A DNA stretch of 64,000 nucleotides from Octopus sinensis (GCF_006345805.1 NC_043000.1:70680001-70744000), one strand, 5' to 3'. Shown: positions 24,372 to 37,900, numbered from the stretch's first letter. Numbers and translations: made by a program. Notes: a model not told the origin generated them from the letters alone.

Positions 24372-25179
24372 TAGTTTTCCTTTTTGGTAAAACATTGCAC
24401 ACAGCTGTCTATATATATATATATATATATATAGTCAAATTGAATAAATGAACATTAAAAATAACAATAACCAAACAACTAAAGGACATGCACATGGAAT
24501 GTATTAGTTTGATGCTAAGTAAAAAGAGTTTTTGATGTTTTGAGCATAGCTCTCCGTCAGAAAGGAAAACAGGAAAAGTTCAAAGAAGGAAAAAACAATC
24601 ACCAACAGCACAATTCCTTTTTATATTTATATTTTTAATATTTTATATTTTTTGTATGTGTGTGTTTGTGCATGTGCTGAGCCACAAACCCTCAGCCAAT
24701 TGGTAGATCAAGCCATACCATAACTACTTGATCTGTGACCAAGTCTGCATTTGACAAGTGGCACACTGTGCTCTAGTACAGGTTATGTGCTTTTTAGGTG
24801 GAGAGAGTGTGTTTTGTGCAGCACAAGCAAATTCCACTTTAAAGAAACTCACGGTGCAGGCCATTTAGTGACAACATGAGAACAAATCAAATCCTACAGT
24901 GATAGCAACAGGGGCAGATGGGGAAAGTCACTGGAGGTCCCTAGCTTGAGCTTTTCATGTATGGTGCTAAGAAGTAGATGACCATTCTGTGAAACTGATA
25001 TGTCCTCTTCTTAACTACAAAGCAGCCTATTTAGGATGGCACTGCTTTCACTTGTGTGGGGAGGGGGCTAAAAAAGGTGTCCTAAAAATTGCTTGCTCAC
25101 ACAATCCTGTCATTATACTGTGAATGGCTGAACTTTCAACCATACAGTTGGAAAAATATGAGAAAACAAAAGAAAAAGG

Positions 25180-26190
25180 GTAGAGAAATAGATATGAGTA
25201 TAGAAGCTTGACATGTACACACACCACTGGACCACAAGAAGTGTCCTGAGTGCAAAACATCACTTCTTGATCAGTTTCTGAGAAGTAAAAATGTTAGTAT
25301 TGCTGCTCTTTCAGAGATAAGGCTACTAAATTCTGGTCAGCTGAATGAAGTTGTTGGAGAGTGCACTTTCTTCTGGATTGGTAAATCTGAAGCAGAAAAA
25401 AGGAAATCTGGTGTGGGTTTCACTATTAGTAATGATTTGTACATAAACTAGAATCCTTACCAAATGGATTTAATGATTATCTAATGTTAATGCGAATCCC
25501 ATTTGGCCTACAAAATTATGCTACACTAGTATGTCTGAATGCACCAACACTTAGTTCTACAGATGCAGCTAAAGATAAGTTCTATTTTGATTTATAAATA
25601 TTTTTGAACCAAATTCCCAGTCAAAACAAAATTTTCCTTTTAGGAGATTTTAATACCATATTACCTTTCTTGACCAAATATTTTTGGTAAACATGGTCTT
25701 AGTAAAATTAACTCAAAAGGACTGATACAACTATCATTAAGCAGTGAATCTGAACCTTCTATCACCAATACACTTTTTCAACAGTCCAATAAAAACGAAG
25801 TAATTAGGTATCATTCTAGATCAGGTCATGGTCACTTGATTGACTATGTGATTGTCTGAAGCTGAGATAGAATTGATATTAAATTAACACATTCTTTCCA
25901 TTGCTGGTCTGATCATGCTATGTTTTTAGTAAGATAACAATGAGACCAAAGCCAGCCATAACGTAAAATTGTAAAAAAAATCATACGGAGACTTGATATT
26001 TCAAAGCTCAAAGTAGATAACAAGGATATTCTTGTTCAAGCACTTGATGAAAAGTTATGTAATGTTAGAATGATGGGGTCAACTTAGAGATACTATTTGT
26101 GAGTCATCCAGAGAAGTTCTTGGATTTTCATGTCATAAAAACCAAGACTGGTTTGATGAAAATGACAAAGTTATAAATGAATGACTGAGC
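25180..26190 (+). mobile_element. Old RTE (BovB-like) LINE, APE endonuclease region, decayed
   Basis: EIRLLNSGQLNEVVGECTFFWIGKSEAEKRKSGVGFTISN and downstream APE motifs with stops and frameshifts. Confidence 0.65.
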
Positions 26191-26270
26191 CTGGAACCAA
26201 GTGGTTGGAAAATAAACTTCTTACCACACACCCACACCTGCACCTATATATATATATTCTCATCATCATC

Positions 26271-27735
26271 TGAGAGTTGCTATCAGAACTGGAGGAGAAG
26301 TTTCAGGTGTGGAAACAAGGATTAGAATCGAAGGGCCTCAGAGTCAATCTAGCTAAAACCAAAGTCGTAATCAGTAGGAAGGTAGACAAATCACAAACGC
26401 CTTCAGGTAGATGGCCCTGCTCAATCTGTAGAAAAGGTGTAGGTAGAAACTCTATAAGATGCACCAAGTGTAAGCTATGGACACATAAGAGGTGCAGCAA
26501 TGTCAAAGGAAGGCTAATTGGGAAGATGGTTTTTGTATGTGGCAGATGCTCAGGAATAATAAACACTGAAAATGCTCAAAGATCAACTTCCGTCACTTTC
26601 CAGGGAGAAAAACTAGAAATAGTTGATAGTTTCCGTTACCTAGGTGACCAAGTCAGCAGCGGGGGCGGGTGTGCTGAAAGTGTAACTGCTAGAGTAAGAA
26701 TAGCTTGGGCAAAGTTCAGAGAGCTCTTACCTCTGCTGGTGACAAAAGGCCTCTCGCTCAGAGTAAAAGGCAGACTGTATGATGCATGTGTATGAACAGC
26801 CATGCTACATGGCAGTGAAACATGGGCTGTGACTGCTGAGGATATGCGTAAGCTCACAAGAAATGAAGCCAGTATGCTCCAATGGATGTGTAATGTCAGT
26901 ACTCATACTCGGCAGAGTGTAAATACCTTGAGAGAAAAGCTGGACCTAAGAAGCATCAGTTGTGGTATGCAAGAGAGACGTTTGCGCTGGTATGGTCATG
27001 TGGTGAGAATGGATGAAGATAGTTGTGTGAAAAAGTGCCACACCCTAGCGATTGAGGGAACCTGCGGAAGAGGCAGACCCAGGAAAACCTGGGACGAGGT
27101 GGTGAAGCACGACCTTCGAACTTTAGGTCTCACTGAGGAAATGACTAGAGACCGAGAATTCTGGAAGTGTGCTGTGCGCAAGAAGACCCGGCAGGACAAG
27201 TGAGTCCATAACCCGTGGCCTTCTACATGGGATGGAGCCAGCTTACGTATGCATACCTTCCCTTATTGGGACACAAAACTCTACTTGTGAAGACCTGTTG
27301 AGGCAAGTGAGGATCAGAATCGAAATCGATCAATGGAAATTGCAGATGTGTTACCAGTGCCGGTTGCATGTAAGAGAACCTTCCGTTTCGCGACCGTTAC
27401 CAGCGCCACCCCGACTGGCCTCATGCCGGTGGCACGTAAAAAGCACCATCCGTTCGTGTCCGTTGCCAGCCTCGCCTGGCCCCCGTGCTGGTGGCACATA
27501 AAAAGCACCATCCGTTCATGGCCGTTTGCCAGCTCTGTCTGGCACCTGTGCGGGTGGCACGTAAAAAGCACCCACTACACTCACGGAGTGGTTGGCGTTA
27601 GGAAGGGCATCCAGCCGTAGAAACATTGCCAGATTTGACTGGGCCTGATGAAGCCTTCTGGCTTCACAGACCCCAGTAGAACCGTCCAACCCATGCTGGC
27701 ATGGAAAACGGACGCTAAACGATGATGATGATGAT
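26271..27735 (+). mobile_element. RTE-clade LINE, 5'-truncated, with 3' UTR and (GAT)n tail
   Basis: ORFs 26277-26795 and 26802-27203 (RT C-terminus, CSICRKGVG...C..C..W.HKRC zinc-finger-like insert, GRGRPRKTW), separated by a TGA. The UTR ends ggacgctaaacgatgatgat. Confidence 0.92.
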
Positions 27736-27975
27736 CATCATCATCATTTAATGTCCACTCTCCCTGCTGGCATGGGATAGATGACAGTTTGACATGGAGC
27801 TAGCTAGCAGAGAGCTGTCCAGACTCCAACTCTGCTGTGGCATGGTTTCTATGACTGGATGCCCTTCCTAACACCAACCACTTAGCTGAGTGTGCTAGGT
27901 GCTTTTTATATGCCACCAACATGGGTGCATTTATGCAACAGCGGCACATGTGCATTAATGCAGCACCGACATGAT
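27736..27975 (-). mobile_element. RTE-related 3' UTR fragment / SINE, tail-to-tail with the preceding copy
   Basis: (CAT)n, then tttaatgtccac...ggatgcccttcctaacaccaaccac...gtgcttttt. Confidence 0.6.
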
Positions 27976-28078
27976 ATTATGTAATTTTACATTCTTGCAT
28001 AACCTCATCATTTTATGAGGTGATATTGAACCTTTTATTGGCAAGATCAATATATATATCTTGGAAAAATTCAATTCT

Positions 28079-28300
28079 CACTAAGTGTGACTAAGGGTGC
28101 TGAAGTACCTACATTGTTAGAAATAATGTTAAAATACACTTAATGTGGAAAGAAGAATGCAAATATATTAAGAGTATTTTAACTCTTATTTCTAGCAATG
28201 TAGGTGCTTTGGCACCCGTAGTCACACTTAGTGTGACATTGAATTTTTCCTTTATGGTATTACATTGCACCTGGCTGTTTATATTAATTTATAAATATAA
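28079..28300. repeat. Family-B fragment with a 48-bp inverted arm
   Basis: 28186-28300 aligns to 22912-23010. 28079-28126 is the reverse complement of 28186-28233 (about 43/48 by eye). Confidence 0.65.
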
Positions 28301-28304
28301 GCCC

Positions 28305-29127
28305 CTGGGCTCCTCTATGCTGATGACCTTGTTCTCATAGTGGAATCACTACCAGAACTAGAGAAGAAATTTCAGGTGTGGAAGCAAGGTTTAGAATTGA
28401 AGGGCTTTAGAGTCAATGTTGCAAAAACCAAAGTCCTAGTAAGTAGGAAGGCGAACACATCACAAATCCCTTCAGGTAGATGGTCCTGCTCGATCTGTAG
28501 GAAAGGTGTAGGTAGAAAAACCATAAGATGTACCCAGTGTGAGCTATGGAAGCATAAGAGGTGCAGCAACATCAAAGGAAGGTTAACCAGGAAGATAGCT
28601 TTTTTGTGCAGCAGATGCACAGGGGAAATAAACACCACAGATGCTCAGAAAACTGATTCTATCACATGCCAGGGGGAGAAACTAGAAGTAGTTGATAGCT
28701 TCCGCTACCTAGGTGACCAAGTCTATAGTGGGGGCGGATGCTGAGAGAGTGTTGCCACTAGAATAAGAATAGCCTGAGCAAAGTTCAGAAAGCTCCTACC
28801 TCTACTGGTAACAAAGAGCCTCTTGCTCAGAGTGAAAAGTAGATTGTATGATGCATGTGTACGAACTGCCATGCTACACAGCAGTGAAACATGGGCTGTG
28901 ACTGCTGAAGACATGCGTAGGCTTGAAAGAAATGAAGTTAGTATGATCCGCTGGGTGTGTAATATCAGTGTACACACACTACAGAGTGTAAGCGCCCTGA
29001 GAGAAATGTTGGACATAAGAAGCATCAGATGTGGTGTGCAAGAGAGACGATGGAGCTGGTATGGTCATGTGCTGCATATGGATGAGGAGAGCTGTGTGAA
29101 GAAATGTCACTCCCTTACAGTGGAATG
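28305..29127 (+). mobile_element. RTE LINE internal fragment (YADD to near C-terminus)
   Basis: PWAPLYADDLVLIVESLPELEKKFQVWKQG...; ORFs 28340-28744 and 28823-29128. Confidence 0.9.
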
Positions 29128-30074
29128 ACTACAAAATATAGTTGTTTTACATGAAAGCGAATTTTCTTGTCAGAAACAGCCACATAAATGGTGTAATGAA
29201 ATTGAAGGAAGACGTTGAAACATCCCCTCTGCAAGCTTATTTTTTTCAACAGCAAAGGGAGCTATTTTTTCAGAGAGATAAGCTAACAAAAGTCCCTTTA
29301 TTCTGTCTTCCCACAGAGCCTGCGCATAAACTAACAGCGAATGCTACATAAAGCTAAATTGGTATGGAGCTTTCTGAAAGATGTGTAAAGCTTTTGCTAG
29401 TGGAAGCAAAACTCTTATTTAAAGGTTGATTCTTTGGGATGAATCATATATGATTATTTAAAAAAGGTTAGAATGACAATGCTAAAACATATTTGAAGCG
29501 ATGGACAACAATAAAAATATCATAATGGATGGATAAATAAGCATCCTTAAAGTGAAACAACGCATTGATAGGTAAACAGAGTTATCAACAAATAGAAGGA
29601 AGGGAAGAGAACATCACCTTTCAAGTAACTCAGAATAAATAAAGGTAAGCTTGCCAAAGTTTATTGCAGTTTAAATATGGAGATTAAGATTGTTTGGTAT
29701 TGGATATTCATTGTGTACAGTGTGCCTGGTCAATTTAATCACACTCACAGGTGGACAGTCGAAATAAATAAATAGACAAAATCCTTTCACTTTTATAAAA
29801 AGATTAAAAAAGTATGGAAGACCCTACATACAAAACAATTACATCCATTTACGCAGCTCTGGGTAATATATTATAGTGCATGACCATCCTTGGGACAAGT
29901 AATGTTTGTGTAAAGTTTGGTGAAAATTAGTTGAGAATTGTGGAAATGTATGTGCTGGTCGTTGTACATACACCTACTGTGATTTATATATACTAAATTA
30001 ATCTATTTTCCAGAAATATAGTTTGGAAATTTTAAAAAATTGGATTAAAGGTAAAATAAAACAAATAAACTTAC

Positions 30075-30263
30075 ACGATGCATGATATTGTTCTTGTGAC
30101 AAAATGCAACACCTTTGAGTAGCATAAGTAGGTAGGATTTGAGCTGTGACTCAGTGAGAGGATGCTCAGAATCATGAATCACTTCCCACAGATCTGACAG
30201 CATATATTCAAAAACCAGTACAAATCCAGCACCATGAGGAAAGACATCTAAAAGTCTGACAAC
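30075..30263 (-). CDS. CDK20: CDK20 coding exon 4: VVRLLDVFPHGAGFVLVFEYMLSDLWEVIHDSEHPLTESQLKSYLLMLLKGVAFCHKNNIMHR
   Basis: 189 nt, cag|...|gtaagt, phase 0/0. Contains the CDK20-diagnostic VFPHG.GFVL.FE.M.SDL. Confidence 0.97.
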
Positions 30264-30676
30264 CTGAAATATACCAATTTCTATAACCTTTATGAATTTT
30301 TTAAAACCTAAGCCAAATCTGTTCTGAAAATATCTGGAAACAGTTAACTACCACTCACTACAGTTGTCAGCTGTTTTATGAATTATCTATGCATTAACAT
30401 TAAAAAAATTAATTTAGATCTAAATGTTATCTCATATCTATCCTGCACTATAATAATGACATTAACTACATATACCTCTAATTCAACTATTAAACATGGC
30501 TACATATAATGTGTATCTCTACCCAATCATTCCATTATTGAGTCAGAGAGAATATCTGACCCAAGGTTAATAAAGGATTTAACAAGTGAAAACAAAAGAA
30601 ATATTCCCTTTACATATTTAGTTACTATTTGAATGAAATGTGCACTGCTAACAACTATAACCATCAATATCTAAAA

Positions 30677-30821
30677 CAGTCATGGGCAAACTGAGGCCCA
30701 TGAGATTTCCTGAATGGCATGCCTAATGAAAAATTACTTTGAATTTTTTTAGCAAACAGCCTGTCTGATGATGAGTTATGTTTCATGTGACCTACTTTTC
30801 AAGAAAGGTGGCCCGTGCCTG
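30677..30821. mobile_element. hAT-type MITE (~145 bp)
   Basis: Ends cagtcatgggca / ggcccgtgcctg. The 8-bp flanks atctaaaa / acctaaga match 6/8, resembling a hAT-Charlie TSD. Confidence 0.45.
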
Positions 30822-31666
30822 ACCTAAGATAAATTGTTTCTTTGTACATATGTGTATGAATATATTTCTATTGCATTTCATTTTCTGAGTAACTTAATTA
30901 TATTTATAGTATAGTAATTAGTACATAGATTACTATGCACAACATGTTAAACAGAGCTGGGCTACATGCTTAATATTCGGGAAATTTGCTAAAAAAGGAA
31001 ATTTAAAAAAATTTTTAAAATACATTATTATAATAATATTAATCGTTCACAAAAAAACACTCAATCAGATCAGAAAACTCTCATTTCTTTATGGTTCAAT
31101 ATAGGATGGCAGTGGTGCTAATAAAACTGATTAGCAACAGTAAATATTGGTAAATTTAATACATTATATAACTGGTAAAACAACACATAGCAGAAAATGA
31201 AAATATTTCTGAGAGAGTGAAGATATATTAAGGAGACAGTCTTAGCTCAATTTCTTTAGCACTGCCATTCAGCCCTTGAATACCTTTAGTCTATTCTGTT
31301 GTGAGGATTCAAACCAAATTTCCAGTCATAATATGACCTTACAAAATTCATGGGCACTGCTTTTACTCCTTTAAACCATAAAAATAATATAAAAATGAAA
31401 AAGAACTAAATGAATGTAGAAAAGATACATACATCCATCTAACAACCTTATCTTGTAATACATATGGAGTGCTATGGCCTGTCTCCTTTATGAGGATATA
31501 ACATTTGTATGTATAAACAATGTTTAAGAAAGAAAATAAACATTATTCTTATGTTCTGCATAATTCTAAATTCATAGAGTATTCACATCCTTATTGTCTT
31601 TGAATCTGCTTTTCTACCATATTGTAAGAATAATGAACTAAGTAGGAGTTTCAAGATTTAACTTAC

Positions 31667-31706
31667 ATAGGGATTATCTTCTATCTGTTGTAGAGCCTTG
31701 ATTTCT
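31667..31706 (-). CDS. CDK20: CDK20 coding exon 3: (R)EIKALQQIEDNPY
   Basis: 40 nt, tttttcag|...|gtaagt, phase 2/0. Confidence 0.93.
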
Positions 31707-32639
31707 CTGAAAAATTAAAAGTAAAATAAAAGAATCATATTTCCATGAGTCTAATATAAGTTAATTTCAAAACAATTCTGAAGCTTTAAAATATACATGG
31801 TTTGCTTCAAACAATTATTATGAATTTAATGGTTATATTTTCATAACTAATATCTATTACAAAGATTTTTGATTTTTAGAAGATATATCAGTGAATGTAT
31901 GTAAATTGTAGTCATAACTGATGCAGAAGTTTATAGTATACGTTTTAGTTTACTTACATGCTAAAAGTAATCCAGATGAGATATAAGTCGTAAAATTTTG
32001 TGAACCAGAATATCAATAATAAAAGAAAATTCAAGCTTAGAATACAGTTGATTTAAATCGAACAATGTTTACTCCATAGACACTAAAAACAGATGTCACC
32101 ATAAAGGAGTCATACAATATCACTAAATAGAACACAACTAAACTGTTGGATAAATATGTTCTTCTTCCACAACTAAGGAGATCTGTTTTGACTTATTTTC
32201 AGTTCCCTTTATGGTTTCTGTACTACCATAGTATCAGTGCTTCTAATCTATTCATTTATTGTTTTGTTTGTTGAATATGAATATGGATATAAATGAAATA
32301 TATTGCACATAAATATATATTTAACATCTAGTCAGGAGGGAAAACACTGCTCATGCCCTTATACTAGGCTTCAGGAACTTGTGGAAGGGAGAGCTGTAGC
32401 TATCCTCAGACCAGAGACATGGACCTAATGCTTGCAACAAAATGGACTCTACTAAAGGCACCCAAGGATCAGGGGTGGTGTTAAACTGAACATTGGATTA
32501 TGTCTACCTTCTAAATAGGCCACAACAGGAACTCTGAAAACAACAAAACCAGAACAAATATTGCAAGACAGTGTCAAGTGTACTAACAATTCTGCCAGTT
32601 CACCACCCTGGACAGCTACTTCACTTGTCAAGCATCCAG

Positions 32640-32890
32640 TACACATTGTAAAGTGGTTGGCATTTGGAAGGGTATCCAGCTGTAAAAACCATGCCAAAAG
32701 CACTGTCCACTCTGCTGGGTGGTTGGTGTTAGGAAGGGTATCCAGCTGTAAAAACTGTGCCAAAACAGACATAGAAGCCTGGTGCAGTCTTTTGCCTGTC
32801 CAGCTCCTGTCAAACTGTCCAACCCATGCTAGCATGGAAAACACACTCAACAACAATGACGACAAGGAAGATGTTGATGATGATGATCAG
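32640..32890 (+). mobile_element. RTE-related 3' UTR fragment / SINE
   Basis: Duplicated ggaagggtatccagctgtaaaaac, then gcctggtgcagtc...ccaacccatgctagcatggaaaac and an (AAC)/(GAT) tail. Confidence 0.6.
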
Positions 32891-34414
32891 AAGGATGAAA
32901 AGCAAAGTTGACCTCAGTTGAATATGAGCTCAGAATACAAGAAGCTAGATTAAATACAATAAAGCATTATATCTGATGCTGTAATGACTGCTTATTCATG
33001 TAATAAAGTTCCATTAAGCCAGTGTCCAATAGTCCAGCAGGCTCAACTGACCAGCATTCTTTTTTGCATGTCACCAACTTTATATTTTCCTTTCACCACT
33101 GCCATCACTCAGTCATTGTTTTATATTCAAGTTGAAAAGAAGAGTTATCAGCATCTTAGTCTTTTGTAAGCACCCAAGTTTTTCTGTCTATTGTCTATCC
33201 ATTAGTGAAACTGTCTTCCAATATTAATGAGTGTAACCAATTTGAGAATAGTGTGAAAAGAAAGCATGTGATTCGTGCATTGCACCTAGGAACTGAAATA
33301 AAATGGCCTTTGAAGAGAGATGAAAGCCAGAATTGCTATTATCTGTGAGTGTAACATATATTCCTCAACAATTTATGATAATATTAAGAAAAAAATGGTA
33401 AGTTATTGTAATTTATGACTGATTCAGAGACAAGTAAAAGAGTTGATATGCAGCAAATATTGTGTGTGTGTATTCGTGTCTGCATTTAATTTTCTCTTTG
33501 GCCCATTTGCTGTAAAGAGGCAGATTATTCAATTTCTTAAATTTTAACAGGTGGGTTTTCAAATTGGATAAGTGAACTTAGAACTCTGGAAAAATCATGA
33601 GGATAGCATGGAACTTGTGTTCCAGGTTTTCTTCGTGATTCTCCATTGTGATGCTAAGTTGGATAACAAGGAAGACAAATAAAAACACTGTGGATCAGGA
33701 ACTTGAAGAACTTATCTAGCAAAAACTGTCAGGAGAATTGATAAAAATCATGGAAAAACATGTGCAACATGAGGTAATTCAAAACTGAACTGCTTAGAAA
33801 GCAGTCATACATCATGGCCAAATCACAGTAGTTTCACATGATTGGTCTATTAAGCAACCAATCAGTGTCAAGCTATCACATGATTCAATCTTCAAGAATC
33901 CTATTTTTGTATCCTATAAGCTGCTTTTGGGTGTCAACACTCTTTGTAGAGCATTGAGAGTGGACCAACTCATTCTCACTTCTTGGAAAACAGATGTTAA
34001 ATGATGATGATGATGATGATGGTGATGAGGGGAAAAATCGAAGAACAGCAGAAACAAATATTTATTGAAGATTGCACAGAAATTAAATATAGGTATCTGA
34101 AAATGGAAGGTATTTATATTTATAAAAATGTGCTTTTAAAACTGAAAAAAAATTCAAAGAACTAGAAAGATATATATTTTTAAAAAAGGTTGCCTTGACT
34201 AAAGAGAAATGTTAGATGGAATAAAAAAAGTGGAAATTGTTAGAAGAGAAATCAAAGAAAGCGGTGGAAAGGAAATTGTTGTATTTTATGCAACTCTGTT
34301 TAAAATTTATTCAAATATTAATAAAACTGGACTGCAATATTAAGTAAATATGACATAATTGAAACAGAAGGTAGAGAATTGAAAATTGTTTAATGGGTTG
34401 GTTTTTGAAAAATC

Positions 34415-37400
34415 ATATCATCATCATCATCATCATTTAGCGTCCGCTTTCCATGCTAGCATAGGTTGGATGGTTCAACTGGGGTCTGTGAAGCCAGAAG
34501 GCTGCACCAGGCCCAGTCTGATCTGGCAGTGTTTCTACGGCTAGATGCCCTTCCTAATGCCAACCACTCCGTGAGTGTAGTGGGTGCTTTTTACGTGCCA
34601 GACGAGGCTGGCAAACGGCCACGGTCAGATGGTGCTTTTTACGTGCCACCGGCACGGAGGCCCGTCGGGGCGGCGCTGGCAATGGCCACGTTCGGATGGC
34701 TCGCTTACGTGCTACCGGCACTGGAATCACAGCTACAATTTCTATTGATGTTGATCGATTTCGATTTCGATTCTGAATCTCACTTGCCTCAACAGGTCTT
34801 CACATGTAGAGCTTTGTGTCCAATGAAGGAAAGGTATGCATAAGTGGACTGGCTACATCCCAGGTAGAGGCCATGGGTTATGGTCTCACTTGTCCTGCCG
34901 GGTCTTCTCACGCACAGCATACTTCCATAGGTCTTGGTCTCTAGTCATTGCCTCGGAGAGACTTAAAGTTTGAAGGTCGTGCTTCAGCACCTCATCCCAG
35001 GTTTTCCTGGGTCTACCTCTTCCACAGGTTCCCTCAACCGCTAGGGTGTGGCACTTTTTCACACAACTATCTTCATCCATTCTCACCACATGACCATACC
35101 AGCGTAAACGTCTCTCTTGCACACCACAACTGATGCTTCTTAGGTCCAACTTTTCTCTCAAGGTACTTACACTCTATCGAGTATGAAGACTTACATTACA
35201 CATCCATCGGAGTATACTGGCTTCATCTCTTGCGAGCTTACGCATATCCTCAGCAGTCACGGCCCATGTTTCACTGCCATGTAGCATGGCTGTTCATACA
35301 CATGCATCATACAGTCTGCCTTTTACTCTGAGCGAGAGGCCTTTTGTCACCAGCAGAGGTAAGAGCTCTCTGAACTTTGCCCAGGCTATTCTTACTCTAG
35401 CAGTTACACTTTCAGCACACCCACCCCTGCTACTGACTTGGTCACCTAGGTAACAGAAGCTATTAACTCTTTCTAGTTTTTCTCCCTGGAATGTGGTGGA
35501 AGTTGGTCTCTGCGCATTTTCAGTGTTTATTGCTCCTGAGCATATCTGCCACATACAAAAACTATTTTCCGAGTTAGCCTTCCTTTGACATTGCTGCACC
35601 CCTTATGTGTCCAAAGCTTACACTTGGTGCATCTTATACAGTTTCTACCTACGCCTTTTCTACAGATTGAGCAGGGCCATCTACCTGAAGGGATTTGTGA
35701 TTTGTCTACCTTCCTACTTATTAGGACTTTGGTTTTAGCTAGGTTGACTCTAAGGCCCTTTGATTCTAATCCTTGTTTCCACACCTGAAACTTCTCCTCC
35801 AGTTCTGATAGTGACTCAGCAATTAGAGCAAGGTCATCAGCATAGAGGAGCTCCCAGGGGCATCCTGTCTTGAATTCCTCCATTATTGCCTGGAGGACTA
35901 TGATAAATAGGAGGGGGCTGAGGACTGAACCTTGGTGGACCCCTACTTCTACCCGGAATTCTTCATTGTACTCGTTGCCAACCCTCACCTTACTAGCAGT
36001 GTCCCTGTACATGGCTCGCACAGCTCTCACTAACCATTCATCTATCCCTAGTTTCCTCATTGACCACCAGATAAGGGATCGGGGGACACTGTCGAAGGCT
36101 TTCTCCATGTCAACAAAAGCCAGGTACAGGGGCTTATCTTTGGCTAGGTATTTCTCCTGCAGCTGTCTTACCAGGAATATAGCATCAGTGGTACTTTTCC
36201 TTGGCACGAACCCAAACTGCATCTCATCTAAACTAACTCTCTCTCTAATTAGTTGGGCTATGACCCTCTCTGTAACCTTCATTACCTGATCCAACAGCTT
36301 GATACCCCTGTAGTTATTTGTATCTAGGGCGTCACCTTTACCTTTGTAGTAGTGACTATTATGCTGCTACACCAGTCATTGGGAATGACTCCTTCGTGTA
36401 TCACCTGGTTAACTATACGGGTGACTAGGCTATAGCCGACACTACCAGATATTTTGAGCATCTCTGCAGTAATTCCTGATGGGCCTGGGGCTTTCCTTGT
36501 CTTCATGCTTCTAATTGCCAAGGAACTGTCAACTCGGATAGCTGGTCCCTCTGTTGGGTCGACATTCGGCAGACTCTCTTTATCCCATTCATTTTCCTCA
36601 TTCAGCAACCTTTCATAGTGGCGTCTCCAAAAGTCTCTCTTTGCATCCTCATTTAGTGCAAGTGAACCATCATCCATGCGAACACATTTCTCTCCTACCA
36701 CATCATGATTCTCTCTCACACACTGTCTTGCAACACGAAATACCTCAAGTCTTTCATCCTCACAGCACAGAACATTGGCAAATTTTTTCTTATTTGCTTA
36801 CCCTCTGGCTAAATACACCTACCTCCTACCTTCCCTCCTGGCAGTCTGATACACTTCCCTGCTACCACCGTTCTTCCGGTCCTTCCAAGCCTGTTTCTTT
36901 TGTCTAATAGCCCTGTCAACAATATTGTTCCACCACCACGTTATTTTGGGTCTTAAGGGGACTTTGCACCAGCCACAGATCTGGTCAGTGGCTTTCAGCA
37001 GGTTGTCCCTCAGAAGCGTCCAGTTGTCTTCTACCCCATGTGTAGCTATACCCCCTTTCATTTCGTCAAAGGCTTCAAGTAACATGTCTCTAAATCTCTG
37101 TCCATTCGCAGGGTCTTTAAGCTTCCAGACCCTTCTTCTCCATGTTGGTCGTCTTCTGGTCGTCCTCTTAGTCCTAATCCTAAAGTCACTAACTACCAGT
37201 CTATGTTGTGGGGTACATTCTTCGCCTGGGAAGGTTTTGGCATTTATAAGTAGCCATCTTTCCCTTTTTCTGGCAAGAATGTAGTTGATTTGGCTAGTAT
37301 GTCAGCCCAATTAGTAGGTGACTAGGTGGCTGGTAGGTTTCCTGAAGTTAGTGTTGCAAACCATAAGATTATTCGCATCGCAGAACTCCAGCAGCCTGGT

Positions 37401-37603
37401 TCCCTCCTCATTGCGGGAACCATAACTGTAGCCTCCATGTACGCCATGGAAGCCCCCAGCATGTCATCCAACATGCCCATTGAAGTCACCAGCCACAAAG
37501 AGAAGGTCCCTGTCGTTCGTCGATGAGGTAGTCTGCAGTAGGGTGTCATAGAATTGGTCTTTTACTTTCTCTCTTTCTGTCCATTGGATAGCCCTGGCTG
37601 AGG
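34415..37603 (-). mobile_element. RTE LINE, longest copy (partial APE + RT + C-terminus + 3' UTR), frameshifted
   Basis: ORFs 36324-36719, 35527-36294 (QFGFVP...YLAFVDMEKAFD...GVHQGSVLSPLLF...YADD), 35294-35599 and 34886-35161. (CAT)n tail at ~34415-34436. Confidence 0.95.
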
Positions 37604-37815
37604 GATCATCATCATCATAATCCTCGTTTAACGTCTGCTTTCCATACTGGCATGGGTTGGATAGTTTGACTGAGGAGTGGCAGGCCAGGAGGCTGCACCA
37701 GGCTCCAATCTGATCTGGCAAGGTTTCGACAGATGGATACTCTTCCTAACACCAACCACTCCAAGAGTGTAGTGGGTACTTTTTACGTGCAACCAGCACA
37801 GCAGCCAGTCAGGTG
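37604..37815 (-). mobile_element. RTE 3'-end fragment abutting the 5' end of the preceding copy
   Basis: atcatcatc...tttaacgtctgctttccatactggcatgggttgg. Confidence 0.7.
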
Positions 37816-37847
37816 ACAATATATATATGTATGTATATATATATGTA

Positions 37848-37886
<39 letters not shown>

Positions 37887-37900
37887 GTGTGTATATATAT

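Larger units (their letters stand above)
22900..24450 (+). mobile_element. 356-bp tandem-unit element (family B, ~1.3 units) with an intact hammerhead; second unit split by a mariner
   Basis: gctcatatttccagcaatgtagg at 22910 recurs as gctcttatttctaggaatgtaag at 23266. The repeat resumes after the mariner at 24372 (tagttttcctttttggtaaaacattgca). Confidence 0.75.

Noticed and set aside
27645-27670. CUGAUGA followed by an AGCC/GGCU hairpin in an RTE 3' UTR
   Set aside because: No GAAA after the stem, and other RTE copies read ctggtgcagcc here, so it is a chance match.
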